A stretch of DNA of 64,000 nt from Chrysomallon squamiferum (lineage: Eukaryota > Animalia > Mollusca). Positions 26,247 to 40,769 of this stretch are shown here, one piece after another. The DNA is taken from NCBI GenBank assembly GCA_012295275.1, contig CM022669.1, positions 8,184,001 to 8,248,000 of the forward strand, read 5' to 3'. Each line of letters opens with the position of its first letter. Positions within the stretch are counted from its first letter, which is position 1. Made by a program: the position numbers and the translations under genes. The notes below the pieces were generated by a model. It worked only from the letters and a program-made list of their open reading frames with translations. It made no database searches and had not been told where the DNA came from.

Positions 26247-28103
26247 CTTTAGAATATTTGCTATAAAGTCAGACAGAAGAAATTATTTGTTAGCGTGAAA
26301 TGGTCTGTACAGACTGAGTGCAATAAAGCAATAATTTGTTTTTCAGTTCTAACATAACCTGATGCCCTCCTAGCAATCACTGAAAATTTATCATGTGCTT
26401 CATCCTGTTAAGAAAATCATTTATCAAACTTTAAATTTAAATGATTTTTTTTTTTTATAACTATTGAGATAAAATTAATAAATAAATCCATGTGCACAAA
26501 CATACTACATATGTAAATCTAAATATGATGATATGGATAAATAAAAATAAATAAAATTTGAAAAAAACAACCCCCACTAAATATATATAATTTCTGCTGT
26601 TCATTGATGGATGCTTTAACCACTGGACTATTCCTGATTTCCAGTCTTCTTTTTGTGTCAGATCATCTTGTTTTAACTTTCCAGTTATAAACATCCTAAA
26701 CTGGACACACACACACACACTCAGGTTTTGTGTATGCATATGTTTGTGTGTGAAACAGCCAGTAAGTAAATAAAAATAAAATAAAAAAATAAATTCTTAT
26801 TAAAAATTCCCCAAACACCACGATCTACTTTACCAACAGCAACCATTTAATTCCACGGTGACTGAAATTAAAAAAGTTTGGTTTCTATGGCGACTAGTCA
26901 ACAGACATACTCGACTTAGCAGCTAGCCTGTGCAATTATTTATTATTTGCTGCCATTAGGCTGTGTTTTGGACGGAGGAAGTATTAACTAGGAGGCTGTG
27001 AATCAATAGGGTGGAGATTAATACAGAGAAAGAAGTCATTTTGGATTCTTGATTTCCTCGTTTGTCTACGCGGAATGATCAATATATACATACAGCAAGG
27101 CCAGCAGACTGGCTGGCTGGCTATAATTAATGGTATATTTCTTCTGGTCCACGAGGTGCTGCGGTGCAGTTGTTTGTTTGAGAGAGAATTGTTAAATAAA
27201 GATCAATCTCTGATGACAGGTGATTTTTAGGTTTGCATGTGTATGGGAGTATATGTGTTCTTATGCATGTGTTTGTGTGTGCACACATGTGATTTTGTAT
27301 ATGCTATCTAAAGGAATATAAAATAATATTCAGTACAAATTTAAACATGTTTCATACTTCAAGAGGGAGTGCATTAAACCAAAAAAAAAAAAAAATATAT
27401 ATATAAAAAAATAAAAATCGTCCTCTTGAACAGAAAATCTTTTTCTTTTAAATTTTAATTGACTGTCACTTTGTATTAATCAGCTTTATCTTTTTGGCAA
27501 CCATCTTGACTCTGGAATTCTGGTTAATTCCACTGGGATGACAAATGATTAATCCTCTACAAGGGATTGATCCCGTGACCTTTTGGACATGCTGCCATTT
27601 AATTAGTCACATCTCTGAAATCAAAAGAAGAAGAAGAAAAAAAAAAAGAAACAAGAGAAAAAGAAAAAAAAAAAAAAAAAAAAAAAAAAAAACAACAAAA
27701 AATACAAAAGGAAGAAAATTAAGAACCAAAAATGTGGACACCCAGGAATTAACTTGCTTTTCATTGTGTGGACAGCAAAATCCATTCCATGCATATTTCA
27801 GCATTTTTTAGAAGACAGAGGGAAATTCTTTGCAATCACTGGCATTGTCTAGCATTAAACTGTCTGATGAAATGTTGGAAGAAAAAAAATCAATACTTTT
27901 TTTTTTAATTTTATTTTTTGGTTCATATCAAGTCACATCTCTCAACAATTGTTTTGGACAGTTTTTTTCATTTTAAATGGTTATTGTAATGTTAAAGCAT
28001 TTTTTTTTTTTTTTTTTTTTTTTGACTGGTTAAGACACATCCTTTTCATTTTGGTCTGTGCAGCTGTGTGTGCATGCCTGTTCTATGAATAACATGAAAT
28101 CAC

Positions 28104-28135
<32 letters not shown>

Positions 28136-28919
28136 AAATAATACAAATTTCAAATGGTAGCATTCATAAAATGCCACAGATTTATTACATTACAAAAATA
28201 CTTTATTCTTAATAAAGGCTGATCCCCAGCAATAAATAAAATAATTGCTTGGCTGTACACAAAACATCATTGCATGCACGGTACAGAAATAAAGAAAACA
28301 ATGACACTCTGCTGAAATAGGTGACAGTTTTATATTTATTATCACCACAGTACATATCAACATTTAAAAACACACACACACACACACACACTTTGAAGTA
28401 AGACCAGTTGTTACTGGTTACGAGTTGGGCTTGTGTAACGAAAAGCTCAGACTGAAGCATGATGAAAAATTTTGTTTCACTTCACACTCCATTTGCTTGA
28501 AATGAAAAGTGACGTCTGTCTTTTAAATGTTTAATAGGGTGATAACCAATTGTGTTCCCGGGAGAGGCAGGTCTGTCGCGTGTCAGAAGTCATGAAATAA
28601 ATATTAAAATAAGTAATTTGCACATTATTTTTAACCACAGTGTTTAATCTGTAAAATGAAATCCTCGAAATAACAAGAAAAAAAAAAAAAAAAAAAAATA
28701 AAATACTCGATCGTAATTTTTTTTTTTATACCTTTCTTTTTAAATTCATTTTTCTTTTTGTTTCTAAATGTTCGTGACTTTAAAACGTAAATTTTAATGC
28801 TCTATGCCTAAACTGTGAATAATTAGGAAAAATACCCTTCCGACTTGTTTGAGGCAATTTAAATCGGAATTTAATCAGGACTAAAAAAGAATGGAAGAAC
28901 CACAAAACTGGAAAGCAAA

Positions 28920-29230
28920 TCGCTTTGTGGCTGTCGGATTATAATGTCATCGCGGGAGAATAACCCGTCATTATGCTTTTTCACACTCAGATGCTTGCAA
29001 TTAACTCACACACGAGGCCGAGGCGGTGTTAGGGAGGGAGTGAAGGAGGGAAGCCTCTGGACTCAGCTGTGCTGCAATTATCCCAGTTTAGAAGAAGACT
29101 GATGTTCGCAACGTCTTCCTATTGTTTGCCGCTGCTGCATGGCCGTATTCTGCTGCCGCTATTATCGACTGGCTCTCTCTCTCTCTCTCTCACACTCTGA
29201 AGCGGCCACCAGTCAGCCAGTCAGTCAGTA
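28920..29230 (+). promoter_or_regulatory. Putative promoter: CpG-enriched island with (CT)n/GAGA tract and TCAGT initiator-like motifs
   Basis: Roughly two dozen CpGs in 28920-29560 against a CpG-poor background. GA-rich box at 29031-29052, (CT)n at 29173-29191, TCAGTCAGTA at 29221. Confidence 0.6.
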
Positions 29231-29571
29231 GTAGGCTGCTGCATTCACCAGACGAGAGAGAACGGTTTAGCGTGTGCTGTGTGTTTATTCTGCTCTCGTA
29301 GAAACAGACGGACAGTTTTGTTCTCTATTTTTTCTTTTATATATATTTTTTTCATCACACGATGCTCATTGAGACTGTGGATTGTTGATGTTTTTGGTGG
29401 GCACGGATGAAACCGCCTGGACCTTGGGTGGATTCTGACTGACACATGCTGATCTTCTGTGATAGATTCACGTTCGGAAGCGATTGCTATAATATTATCT
29501 ACAAGCTTTTGCTTCATCTCTCTCTCCCTCTGTTTCTGGATCTATTTATACGATGGGAGCTTAAAGCCAAG
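29222..29571 (+). other. Putative first (5'UTR) exon of the + strand gene; start approximate
   Basis: Follows the promoter-like region, ends at donor-like CCAAG|GTTTGT, and composition then drops to AT-rich intron-like sequence. Confidence 0.5.
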
Positions 29572-30288
29572 GTTTGTTTTGGTTTTTTTAAATAGAGCGT
29601 ATTTTTAGTGAAGGTAATAGTGGTATTATATAGACGTGTGCATTAACTTGATTATGTGATGGTGATATGGTATTATATACGGACAGTATTTATTAATGTT
29701 TTAGAAAAAGAACATATAGTATTATAGTTTATAAAATGATTATATTGATATGTATGTTTATATTAGATGTTCACGGTTCAGTTACTACACCACTGAATCA
29801 GTACAGAATCGTACTGTTTTAAAACCATTTAGCTTAAATTTGATTGTGTGGATTATAATCTCAGATACTTAACTATAATAGTTAATATTACTGTTTCATA
29901 CGAAACTATAATATATTTTAATAATGATATTACAGAGATCATTCACAGTTTGTATCATATAGTTCCATGTGTAATTTAATGAAAAAAACCAGATGCAGAT
30001 GATTAAGTTGTTAGCTTTAGTTTAAGAGTGGAGGGAGCTAGGATCAAACCCAGACTCCATCTCCTACTCAGGCTTGCTTTAAAGATTTAAAACAAACCAC
30101 ACCTCAGTTTATAACCAAACCTCTTAACATACGAACAATCAATTTGCTTCAGCCAAACAAACCAGGAGTCTACTCTGTGTGTCCATGACAAACATGCTTG
30201 AATCTGGGTGGTCAATGAAAGCACATTTCAAATAGTTAATTGGCTGATGAAAAGTTGACTGGTTCTGTATTAAATGTCAGTTTGTCGA

Positions 30289-30360
30289 GACATTTAGGCA
30301 AACTGTTAGTGATTACCAGTCAATTAGCACTGCCACACAAACTGCACTGGTATTGTGTGT
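30289..30360 (+). repeat. Short dispersed direct repeat, copy 1 (copy 2 at 33239-33302)
   Basis: GACATTTAGGCAAACTGTTAGTGATTACCAGTCAATTAGCAC..ACTGCACTGG versus GACATTTAGATAAACTGTTAGTCATTACCAGTCTATTATCAC..ACTGCACTGG. Confidence 0.85.
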
Positions 30361-32734
30361 GTAGTAGACTGGTGGGTGACTGTTCAAACACGCTTGATGT
30401 GGACAGAAAGTCTGATTTCACAAGACGTTAACAAGCACCTCAGCACAGTTAATATATTTGTATGTTTATTAGACATCAAAATATTTTCATTTCAAAAATT
30501 TACCTTCCTATATTTCCTTAATTTAAATATTTACTTATTGTATAAAGTAATTATGTATGTAAAATAGGTATCAATATAAGCAGAAAACTGTTTAATCAAA
30601 ACAAAAAATTATAAAAGATATAAAATTACCAAAAAATAAATTAAAATGTCCTGGTTTGTCAGTAGATGGCAATTTATGAATTTTTTTTTTTTTTTTTTTT
30701 AATTAAAGACATGAACATAACCTAATAAAATTACTTCCCTATAAACCTATTTAATTTCTTTTATGATTTTGTTACAAGTGAAAACTTTTTATTTTCAATG
30801 ATTTTTTTTTTTATCTTCACAATTAAGTTAGAATTTAATGTATTTATGTAAGCATTTTCACAATGGGAAATATAAATAAGAGAAATGGATGTTGTAGTGT
30901 GAATCATCTGTTGTGGAACTAAAGAAATATTTCCATTGCTTGTTTCGCACTGAACTAATCAGTGAATGAAAAATATAAGCAAAAAGGAATGTTGTTGATT
31001 GTTATATTAGTGTTGATTTAAGTATTTTCTTTTCGTGGTTGTTTCTGTATTAGTTGAAGTGTTTGTTATGACAGCTGAAGTAATGCTCATTGTGGAAAGT
31101 TTCCCCTTGTTGTTATTTTTATTTATATAATTAGAGGATTGTGTACAGTAGTTGGAATGTTGCTACAGGTTAGCTATTCTGAAAGCAGTGATTAGGAGCT
31201 GGTTTAACACTGGATGTGTTGTTTATGTTTTGTATTACTCATTCATCTTTGTTTTGTTATAGCTTTTATTTAATTTGTATAAAGGAAAGTTAGACTTCTT
31301 TTCTTTTTTTTTTTTTCTTGAAAGCTATTTAAAAATGATTAAAATGGCAACAGCAGTCTTCTTAATATGGGATTAATGAAATTTCAATGGAGGACATTTG
31401 ACAGAGTGTAACTGTACATTATTTGATAGATTATGAAGAAAAAAACAGAAAAAAACCATGTTATACATTTTGTAAAACATTGTTAATTATACTTTTAACC
31501 TTGTAGAACTTTGTTTTGCCTTAAAACAATACATTGTTATCCTATTTTGATATGACCTCACAAAACATTTTTTATTTACTTCTTGCCTTGTAGACTTTTG
31601 TTGTAGAATACTGTTTTATTTTGATCTTGGCATTCAGACTATAACATTCTGACTCACAGCTGCGATGTAAAACATCTAAATTTAAACAATGTGATAGAAA
31701 GTATTTTGTGACACAGAAATCCATGCACATGAATATTCATTGCTGAGAGTCTAGACTTGATGCTGGTAAGGATCTGTTGAGAGCCTGGATATCACAGCAG
31801 TACCTCTCAGTTGTATCTGATATACTGTCAAAATAAGTACCAGTGTCAATATAAGTACCACTGTTATAGTAACATCACTGGAATATATTAATAACAAAAT
31901 AGAATTCAACACAAATTGGTAAATGAATATTTATATATCACCATCAAAGAAACATCATTGTTTGACTGATATATATTATTAAGAGTTTTAAATTCAAAGA
32001 AAGAAATAATATAATATGAATGAGAACTATTGCAGATTTGATCAGATGTTTTGTTTTTGGCAGTAACCATTTTAAAATATATAGTCTTAATAAATAGAAA
32101 GACAAACTAAATTTAAAAAAAAAAAAAAAAAAAATAAAAAAAAAAAAAAATCAAGAAAAGATAAAAGAATTGTTTTGTTTAAAATATCTTAATAATTTCA
32201 GATATAAAAGTATTATTGTTTCATTTCATTCTACTGAAATTTACAGACAAAATTTGTTATATCAACATTTTGAATTTGGTCAGATACTTTGCATAAATCT
32301 ATCTTTTATTTTAGAACATTAGATATACTTTTATTTTAATGCATCAAATATGAAAAATATTTTATATGGTCACTTTCAATATTGAACTATTTTTTTTTTA
32401 ATCTGAGCATGAAATATGTTAAAATATTTAGATTTATTCAGTATGAGAGCTCATGAACTAAATATTGAAGTTTATTTTTCTTGCCATGATATGCACCAAT
32501 CAAATATTAGCTTATTGACCTTTTCTTTCTTTTCTCATTTCTTTATGCAATATTTGTTTGATTTACCTCTTCAGGTATATATAACTGATGTTTACCTGGT
32601 ACTCAATATTCAGGTGTGTGCAAATACAAAATGTGTAAATTTTCTCTCTGTGTGTATTCAGACTCTGTGCATTGTTCTAAATCCTTACACCTATTCACAG
32701 CATCAGGTTAGATAGAGGTAGAAAATGTGGGCTA

Positions 32735-32870
32735 CAGTTGTGAAATAACTTTGATATTCAGTAGCTGTGAAATAATTTTGAACGATATTCTGCAAAATTC
32801 GAAATAACGGTATTCTCATGTATAAAATAACTTCAAATAATACTGTGTAGCTGTGAAATAACTTGATGGA
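32735..32870. repeat. Degenerate minisatellite, unit about 25-30 bp, core (GCTGT)GAAATAACT
   Basis: GTTGTGAAATAACTTTGA, GCTGTGAAATAATTTTGA, TCGAAATAACG, TAAAATAACTTC, GCTGTGAAATAACTTGA. Confidence 0.65.
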
Positions 32871-33238
32871 TCTTATGGCATGAAAATATGTTTTTATTTA
32901 CTAAAGTAAAATAATGCTTGGTATTCTTCTACAGTTGTTAAATAAGCTTGTTATTCTACATGTGTAATACTGTTCATAACTATGGTCTGATAACTCTGAA
33001 TCCAAATAACAGTAAATATTCATTGTGTTAAAAAATAAAAATTGACACTTGTTTGAACAAATTATAGTGAAATAATAGAAAAAAAATCTTATTGAAAATG
33101 TTTGGCAGTTCAATGAAGGAAAAACACTCATTGTTTCTGACACAGTCTGACCTGACCGGTCCAGATTTAAATGCTTTAACCCTGTTACGAATTAGCAGGT
33201 CTGTAGCCTCTGTGTGTATGTTGACAATTTCACGACAT

Positions 33239-33302
33239 GACATTTAGATAAACTGTTAGTCATTACCAGTCTATTATCACAGACTGCACTGGCACTGTGT
33301 GT
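33239..33302 (+). repeat. Short dispersed direct repeat, copy 2
   Basis: Matches 30289-30360. Confidence 0.85.
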
Positions 33303-35457
33303 TATATGTATGTGTGTGTAGTGTGTGCTGTGTGTATGTATGTGTTGTGTGTATGTATGTGTTTTGTATGTGTTGTATGTGTACATGTATGTGGGTATTG
33401 TGTGTGTATGTAGAAGGAAATGAACAAAGCCAGACAGATACTGAATTATTTTCATTTACTTCATTAATTTCATTTGCTTTCATTTCATTGCTAGATTACT
33501 TATTAAGAATTCACTGACTCTTTTGTTATTTTATTTTATTATTCAAAATTGATATATACATATTCAAACTCAGACACACACACACACACACACACAAATG
33601 CACATATTCATACTGATAACTGTTGAAAGGTATATTATCAGAAACACGAGAGAAAAATTTACAGATTTTTAAATATGTTGCTTTATTTTTAATTTTCAAA
33701 ACATTTTTTTTTTTTTTTTTTTAATTAGATAAAAATTAAAATAATAATAATAAAAAAAAAACAATTTAAAAAGCTGCTATCTGTAAAAATCACAGAGGAC
33801 TATAAGAGACATAAAAAAAGAAAAGAAAAAATTGTTTTCACACTATTATAATTATATCAGAGTTTTATCTTCACCACATCAGATGAAGCAGAAAGAGATG
33901 TTTATAAAGTAATCACCTGAATGGGACACCAAATGACCTGGAAAAAAAGATTTACCTTGAACATTTTAGTCACATTTGACTGATCAGCCTGAATTCCAAG
34001 ATTTTTTATTTAAAAAAATAAAAAAATAAAAAAATAAAAAATCCACATAACTGTAAAATGATATAACATTATATATTTTACATTAATGGGTTGCCCACTG
34101 TGATAATTATATGCGACCAGTTTCAATGAATGATACCTAAAGTAACATATAGAAACTGTCACTATAGGCTTTAGCAATAGCAGAAACCTTTTTTAAACTT
34201 TTATAACCAGCTTTACAAATGCTTATTTTATTCTGTTGTTTGCTAAGTTACAATAATGCTGTGTGTATATATGCTAATATATTATTCATTGCATGAAATA
34301 TGTTGAAAGTGTTTGAAAGAACTATTCTAAATATAAAGGCATATATTGCAATTTGTCAAATTTAAATTAATATAATTCAATTTGGATTATTATATATAAC
34401 AAGCAGAATTTTATTGTTAATGCATAACATCTAAAAATTTATTTTGAAAACTATGTCTGTTTTCCTTTTCTTATAAGCAAATCCCATATCATTTTGTTTA
34501 TTAGGATTTTTTTTGTTTTGATTTGTAGATGTCTTTAGTTATTTTTTTTCTACCCCCCCTCCAAAGATGAAGGTTTTATGTTTTATATTAAGTGCTCAAT
34601 AAGGCACTGTCTTAGTGAACTAAAATATATATATCAGATGTGTAGTCATTACTTCCATTAATACAGCTGATATCATCACCCGTTCACATATCAACATATC
34701 TTCATTCTGCTTGTCACTACCACTGTTTTAATCACACAAATGAGCTCTGTCACATTACATAACAATAAATTAAAGCAGTGTAATTGGCTGCTGCTGCCAG
34801 GTTTTGTTTATTTCTTTAATGGAGAGTGTAAGGACAAGAGATAATGAATAAATGAATAAGAGAGGAATAAACACATGAATAGATGTGGAGATTTCTGATT
34901 TTTCTCATTTCCTAGTCATCAAGTATTGATCTCCGGGTTACTCTGTGGTTATTCTGCTGTCTGTGTAAACCTGCATCCTGCTGCTTGTTCCATCAATTTT
35001 CCCGAAGATCTGCTCAAAACAAACCAGACTGTTAGCTTTAAAAAACTGCTGGATAACTTTTTTTTTTTTTTCAGTGATTGCTTTGGCCTGTTTTTCCATT
35101 CTAACTGTAGCTCATGATTTGTTTTTCATAGGTTATTTGTGTATGGGAAGGATGCATATTAAATGTAGCTTGCTGTTAATAAAATAAATAAAAAAAACTA
35201 GTTGCCTGTTATACAGCTATAGTGAGCTTTTTCTCATTATGAAGGGTATAGTATTTTAACTACAATGTTTGTTTTTTTAACTTTCCTTAAAACTAGTGGC
35301 TAGATGCTCCTACCCAGAGGTAACTGATACATAAGTAAGACTGTTAAACCTTACAGTTGTAACAAATTCTCTAACATACTAACATCATGTAATTCATAAC
35401 ACCATAATATTTATATAATTAACTTATTGTAAACCAATCCAGATGTAGCTGCAGGCA

Positions 35458-35505
35458 GAATGGATCCCATGTCCTATCACATATCAGGTCTACCACAGAG
35501 CTGAA
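35458..35505 (-). mobile_element. Decayed SINE head, minus strand
   Basis: GATCCCATGTCCTATCACATATCAGGTCTACCACAGAGCT; the reverse complement gives A-box-like AGCTCTGTGGTAGA, compare CTCTGTGTGGTAGAGC at about 62416. Confidence 0.45.
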
Positions 35506-37519
35506 CTGTATTGAATGTCCACCATGTAAAAGATTATATCCTGTGGAAACCTCCAGTGCAGTATTTTCAAGCATGATTTGATGGGTTTCCTCTGTGTTTC
35601 TTTGTTCAATACCTGACAAATGTCTACTTCATTTGAAACAGAAACGTTAGGGATGGTTTTCTTTCTTTCACTGTTTCTGTATTACAAATGTGAACTGATG
35701 AGTGGTTAAGTCACTAATGTGCCATTATTTATGTTTTCTGTGGTGGGTAGGATGTTTAAGAAAGTAAAAAAGAAAACAAGCTGGGACAATGCGTGAAGAG
35801 AAAAAAAAAAAAAAAAAACAACCCTATGATTACACTTACAGTTTATTTTCTTCTTTCATTTCCATTAAACACTAACACTTGGAACGAACTTACTAATCAC
35901 CTGAAAACTAAACCCCAAGCAGGAAACTATAATGCTCATTCCTCCCTTGAATTCCAGAAGTAATAGTATAATAACTGAACTCTCTCTTAGAATAAGGACA
36001 AATCATTGAAATAGAAATATTAAAGAGATTGTGGGTTTGAAATTTTCAGCATTTATAAACTGAAATGTCACGAGGGAAAATAAAAAAAAAACTTAAAAAA
36101 TATATGACTGAACTGAGACACTAGGAATGAAAAAAAGAAAAACAATCTCTTTACATTCTCCTCTTTCTTTTCATTCATATTTTATTTTCTGCACATTGTG
36201 AATCTCAGGTAATGTGTATCGGTTGACAGTAATGATGACACATGTAATAAATACTGTATCAGTCTGAATGATGTATAAGTATTGTACTTTTTTTACACCA
36301 TGTCTTTGTCATTGCTATATCTCTGTTCAAAATGCAGAATCATTTCTGCTTGTAAAAAATATTAACATACATGTATGAGAAGAAAAAAAAAATCATCTTT
36401 GATTTTATTATTATGAAAATTATTTTATTAAATATCTTTGAATGCAGTCCACCTAAAATAAATATACTGAATATGATTGATTGAAAAATAATAATAAAAA
36501 GAAATCTTGGCTTATATTTGAGTGTGAAAGGAAATACAATTCTGGCTCTTATTGCTGTACAGATGAGTTTAATATAACAGAGAAAAAAACCGAAAAAAAA
36601 AAACCCATTTTAAAAGAAGGTTTTTGGATATATATTAGTACAAAAATGTGTGAAAATTGTGTTATGAAAGTGATTTTGGCTCAAGGTCAAACTTCTGTGT
36701 GTCACAGTGACTAGGTCTGTCTGACTTCATGTAAGTAATTATTTTCTGTGGTGTTTGCTGTATGTGACACTAGACTGATGAGGCCAGCAGCTGAAACTGC
36801 AAATCTGTGAAAGATTAATAATGTGTTTTTAAAATAAACACCATAAATCAGGCACAATCAGTTTGAACAGTTTTTAAAAAAAATGTCAAATCAGTTTTCT
36901 GTCTGAAACCAAATAAAAGATAAATGGTAATTAATAATACATAATTACACTGGAGACATGCACAGATTATTTAATTTAAAAAAAAGTTCTCACTCATGCC
37001 TCACAATTAAAAAAAAAAAAAAAAAATCCAGTATTTATTTGGCCCCTGATTCATAACTGTAATATTCAACCTCATTCATATATTTCACCTAATCCCATAT
37101 ATCCTGTTTGTACATATTTGTTTAGCAGCTAAAATCATTTAAGTCATTACTGCAAGTCTTACGTGCATAATATTGCATTACTAACAATCTTACTGCAAGG
37201 ATAAGACACATCTAATCTGCTCCAGGTATTGCTTTACTTGTAATTAGGTCTAAAGTGGTAAAGTTTGTGAAGAAGGAATTAGCGTTAGGAGATCAAACAC
37301 CGACGCTGTGTTCTTATCAGCAGTGCATGATCAATCTAGAGTTTATATATATAGCTTGTTCACCTAATACCAACCAGCCACGTGTGATGTACTGAAGTTA
37401 GTAGACATGTGGCATATTTCTTGTACCTTGGAGCAGAAGAACATTTTTTTATTTGTAAAAATGATATAATTCTTGTCCTAGAGAGGAAACTTGCTGATGT
37501 GTACATGTTTATGATTCAT

Positions 37520-37800
37520 AGTGGATCAAGATGTGGTTAAGCAGTAGCTGAATGTGATATTGATGGACTAAGTATGTGTATCACTGACAGGTTGGACTGT
37601 TTTCATGGTTATAATCTGTGATGACTGGTATATTAAGTAATGTGGTATGTGCTGTTCTGTCTGTGGAAAAAAATACTGCTATGTTTAAAAATATCTCACT
37701 AATAGTGGTAAAATGGAGACTTTTAAAATTATCCCAAATGCCCAGTGGCTGATGATAGAATTTTTTAGGATATAGCTTAGTGATGTCATTTAATAAAGTT
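37520..37800 (+). mobile_element. Decayed near-full-length SINE copy
   Basis: Core ATGACTGGTATATTAAGTAATGTGGTATGTGCTGTTCTGTCTGTGG, and tail AAAATTATCCCAAATG..GGCTGATGAT..TAGTGATGTCATTTAATAAA. Confidence 0.65.
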
Positions 37801-38205
37801 AATGTAATAATAATGTTAATAATAAAATCACCATCATCATCATTTTCATTGTAATAATAATAATAATAAATCATCATAATTTTGATTGGATTAATAATAA
37901 TATAATGTAATAATAATAATTATAATAATAATAATAAAATCATTATCATCATCATCATCAGAATAATAATAATAGTAATAATAGTTCTAACAGTAACAAT
38001 AATTTCAAAATTTTAAAATGAAATTAATTATAATCAGATCAAATAATATTACACAAATTTTCATTTAAAATAAAAATAATGAGTTGAATAGAAAAAAAAA
38101 ACCCTAAGCCCATTAACATCAATCATTTTGGTACCAATAAACAACAGAAGACAAAAAAAAAAAAAAAAAAAAACCCACCAAAACTTCCTTTTTAAAAATT
38201 CAATA

Positions 38206-38239
<34 letters not shown>

Positions 38240-39835
38240 CCCTCAAAATTCTATCACACTTCAGAGATGATTCTAAATTCGAGTTTTCCCATTATCCCCC
38301 ACTGTCGGAGTTGATGGACAATGGCCTTTATTTCACAGTTGGGTTTGCATCTTTTATGTCAATAGCCTAAAAAAAAAATATCCTCAAGAACTCAGACATG
38401 CTTTTTCTTGGCAGAGTGATCGAAACGACCTCTCGATAATTGCTACAAAGCCTGTCTGATGAGAGAGCGGAGAGAAAATGAGAGTTGTTAAAAAAAAAAG
38501 TGATTTGTGTTCCAGGCTGGAGATGTTTCACTTTTTCTGCTGCTGCATATCTGAGGACTGAGGACGTTTCAGTTATTTTTTTTTCTCAGATTTTGCAGAA
38601 AAATTAAGTTATGAGACAGTTGTTTTTAAAGTTGTTATAAATTGTCTAACGTAACAAAATTACTTTCGGAAAAAAAAAAGAAAAAAAACGCACACCATAA
38701 TACAGAAACATTGTCTCACAAATTTCTCACAAACTGTATTTGTCACTGACATGCAACTTTGTGAGATAAACTAATCACTCACAAACTACATCCAATCTCA
38801 CAGACACACACTGTACTGCTCATAAACTGTATTGCTCATTATCTGCATCGTCTCGGAAACCATATCTTACAAAACTGCATCATTCACAGACTACATTACT
38901 TCAAACAAATTACACAGGCTGCAGATTACTCTGATCTCATCAGGTGAGATGATTAGTTTCAAGTCCTTGTGAAAATATTTTTATTTTTTTTTTATTATTT
39001 TTTTTATTTTTTTTCATTGTTTTTAATGCGGCTTCATTTCGCCATCGTCCATTCAGGTCGAAACTTTAGAAAATGCTCTTTTAATGATCTCATTGATTAA
39101 TGGCTATGATGACAAAATGTTTTTTGATGACAGACTGACAGACTGATGGATGGTGTTCACGACTTACAGGGTTTCGTTAATATTACTGTTGGATGAGTCG
39201 ATCATGGGAAATAAAATAAAATGAATAAAATTTATGTCCTTTGTTTGTGTTAAGAAAGCTTCTGAATTCGGTTGGGTGTGACCGTTGCATTTTTGGCAGT
39301 GGGAGAAATCAAAACCTTTTCTTTTTGGATTTGTGAATTTTGTTAAGTATTAAACAGAAATTGAATTATTCTGTACGATTTTTTTATCAGATTTCATTGT
39401 TTTGATTCACTGACAATATAGCCACGTTGATTATGCACCCATGACAGAGCTGCTTGAACCTTTAATTATTACAGACACACGTTTCACTATAGGTTTTCAG
39501 ATTCATTTGTTAAACAGTTTACTTCACCAGTGTGTATCTTAATGATTAAACATTGATGAGGAGCTCATCACAAGGAAAACATAATTAACAAATATTTAAT
39601 TTCCTCTCCAAGTGCTGACCATAGTCCAGCCCAGCCTGCCTCTTTTGACCAGAGCACAATAATTCCTGTCATACTGACCGGTGGCCATTATGCTCCCCCT
39701 GGGACTGAATCCATTATTGATTTTGATTATCACGCTTCACTGCTGTCAGCTTCGTTTATGCTAAGTCAGTTTGTTCAGACTAAATTAGAGGCAGAGATGA
39801 AGATGCTTAAACTTGCTGTGTACTCACAGTTACAC

Positions 39836-39870
<35 letters not shown>

Positions 39871-40769
39871 CACACACATCTTAGATGCAATCTAAGCTCT
39901 GTTATCGTCACTGTTGTACTAAAGACAAATGGCAGATTATTTTATTACTACCGTGTGCAGTCAAATCTGGTTTTTAGAGGTCACCTGAATTTAACAGCTG
40001 GATGTCCATAATGTTCATCACACTTCCCATTTCAGTGCAGCTTAAAGTTAAACTGTTTATAAAGACCACCTGATCTAATCAACCAGTTACCATTTGTATA
40101 TTCAGAATAGACGTTGGATGCACAATGGCTACAATAAATATGTTACCTATTTTTGTTGTTGTTGTTGAAGTTGTTTTTTTGTTTTTAATCTGTTCCAGTA
40201 TGTTACACAGTCAACCATGTAGCTGTTTTGTGTATCTAAGTGAAAATTCCAGTCACAGTATACAATTAATGTATTTGTTTGTGTTAAAGTAACCCGCTTT
40301 GCTTCAGTAATTAGAAAGATTAAAGTAAAAATTATATTTGGAAATACCATGTTTTATGCACACAGTATAATTTAATAATTAAAATGTCAACAGTTGAAGG
40401 GTCTCCTACAGTTATTTAGATCAGCTGTGTCAACACCAGAACATTGTGTATTCCTTGGTGTGCAATCAAAGCTGCTATTAGACAATCCAGTTTGCTGTAT
40501 ATGTATGTGCTGCTTGCAGAGTATGGCTGTCTTCCTTCGTTCATCCACATACATTAACATGATTGCTTTTATTTATATTTTGTAATAAAAATATTCATAT
40601 TACATTTTCTTTGATAGGTGTAATGACTGGTTGTTCAATAGCTCACATTAATTTAACAGTAATGAATGATTAAATAATGTATTTATCTGTTCTTCACTGC
40701 ATTTCATTATGAATGGTTGATTTTACATTAGAAACATAATTGTTTTTGTGTAATGGTATTTTTAAAACT

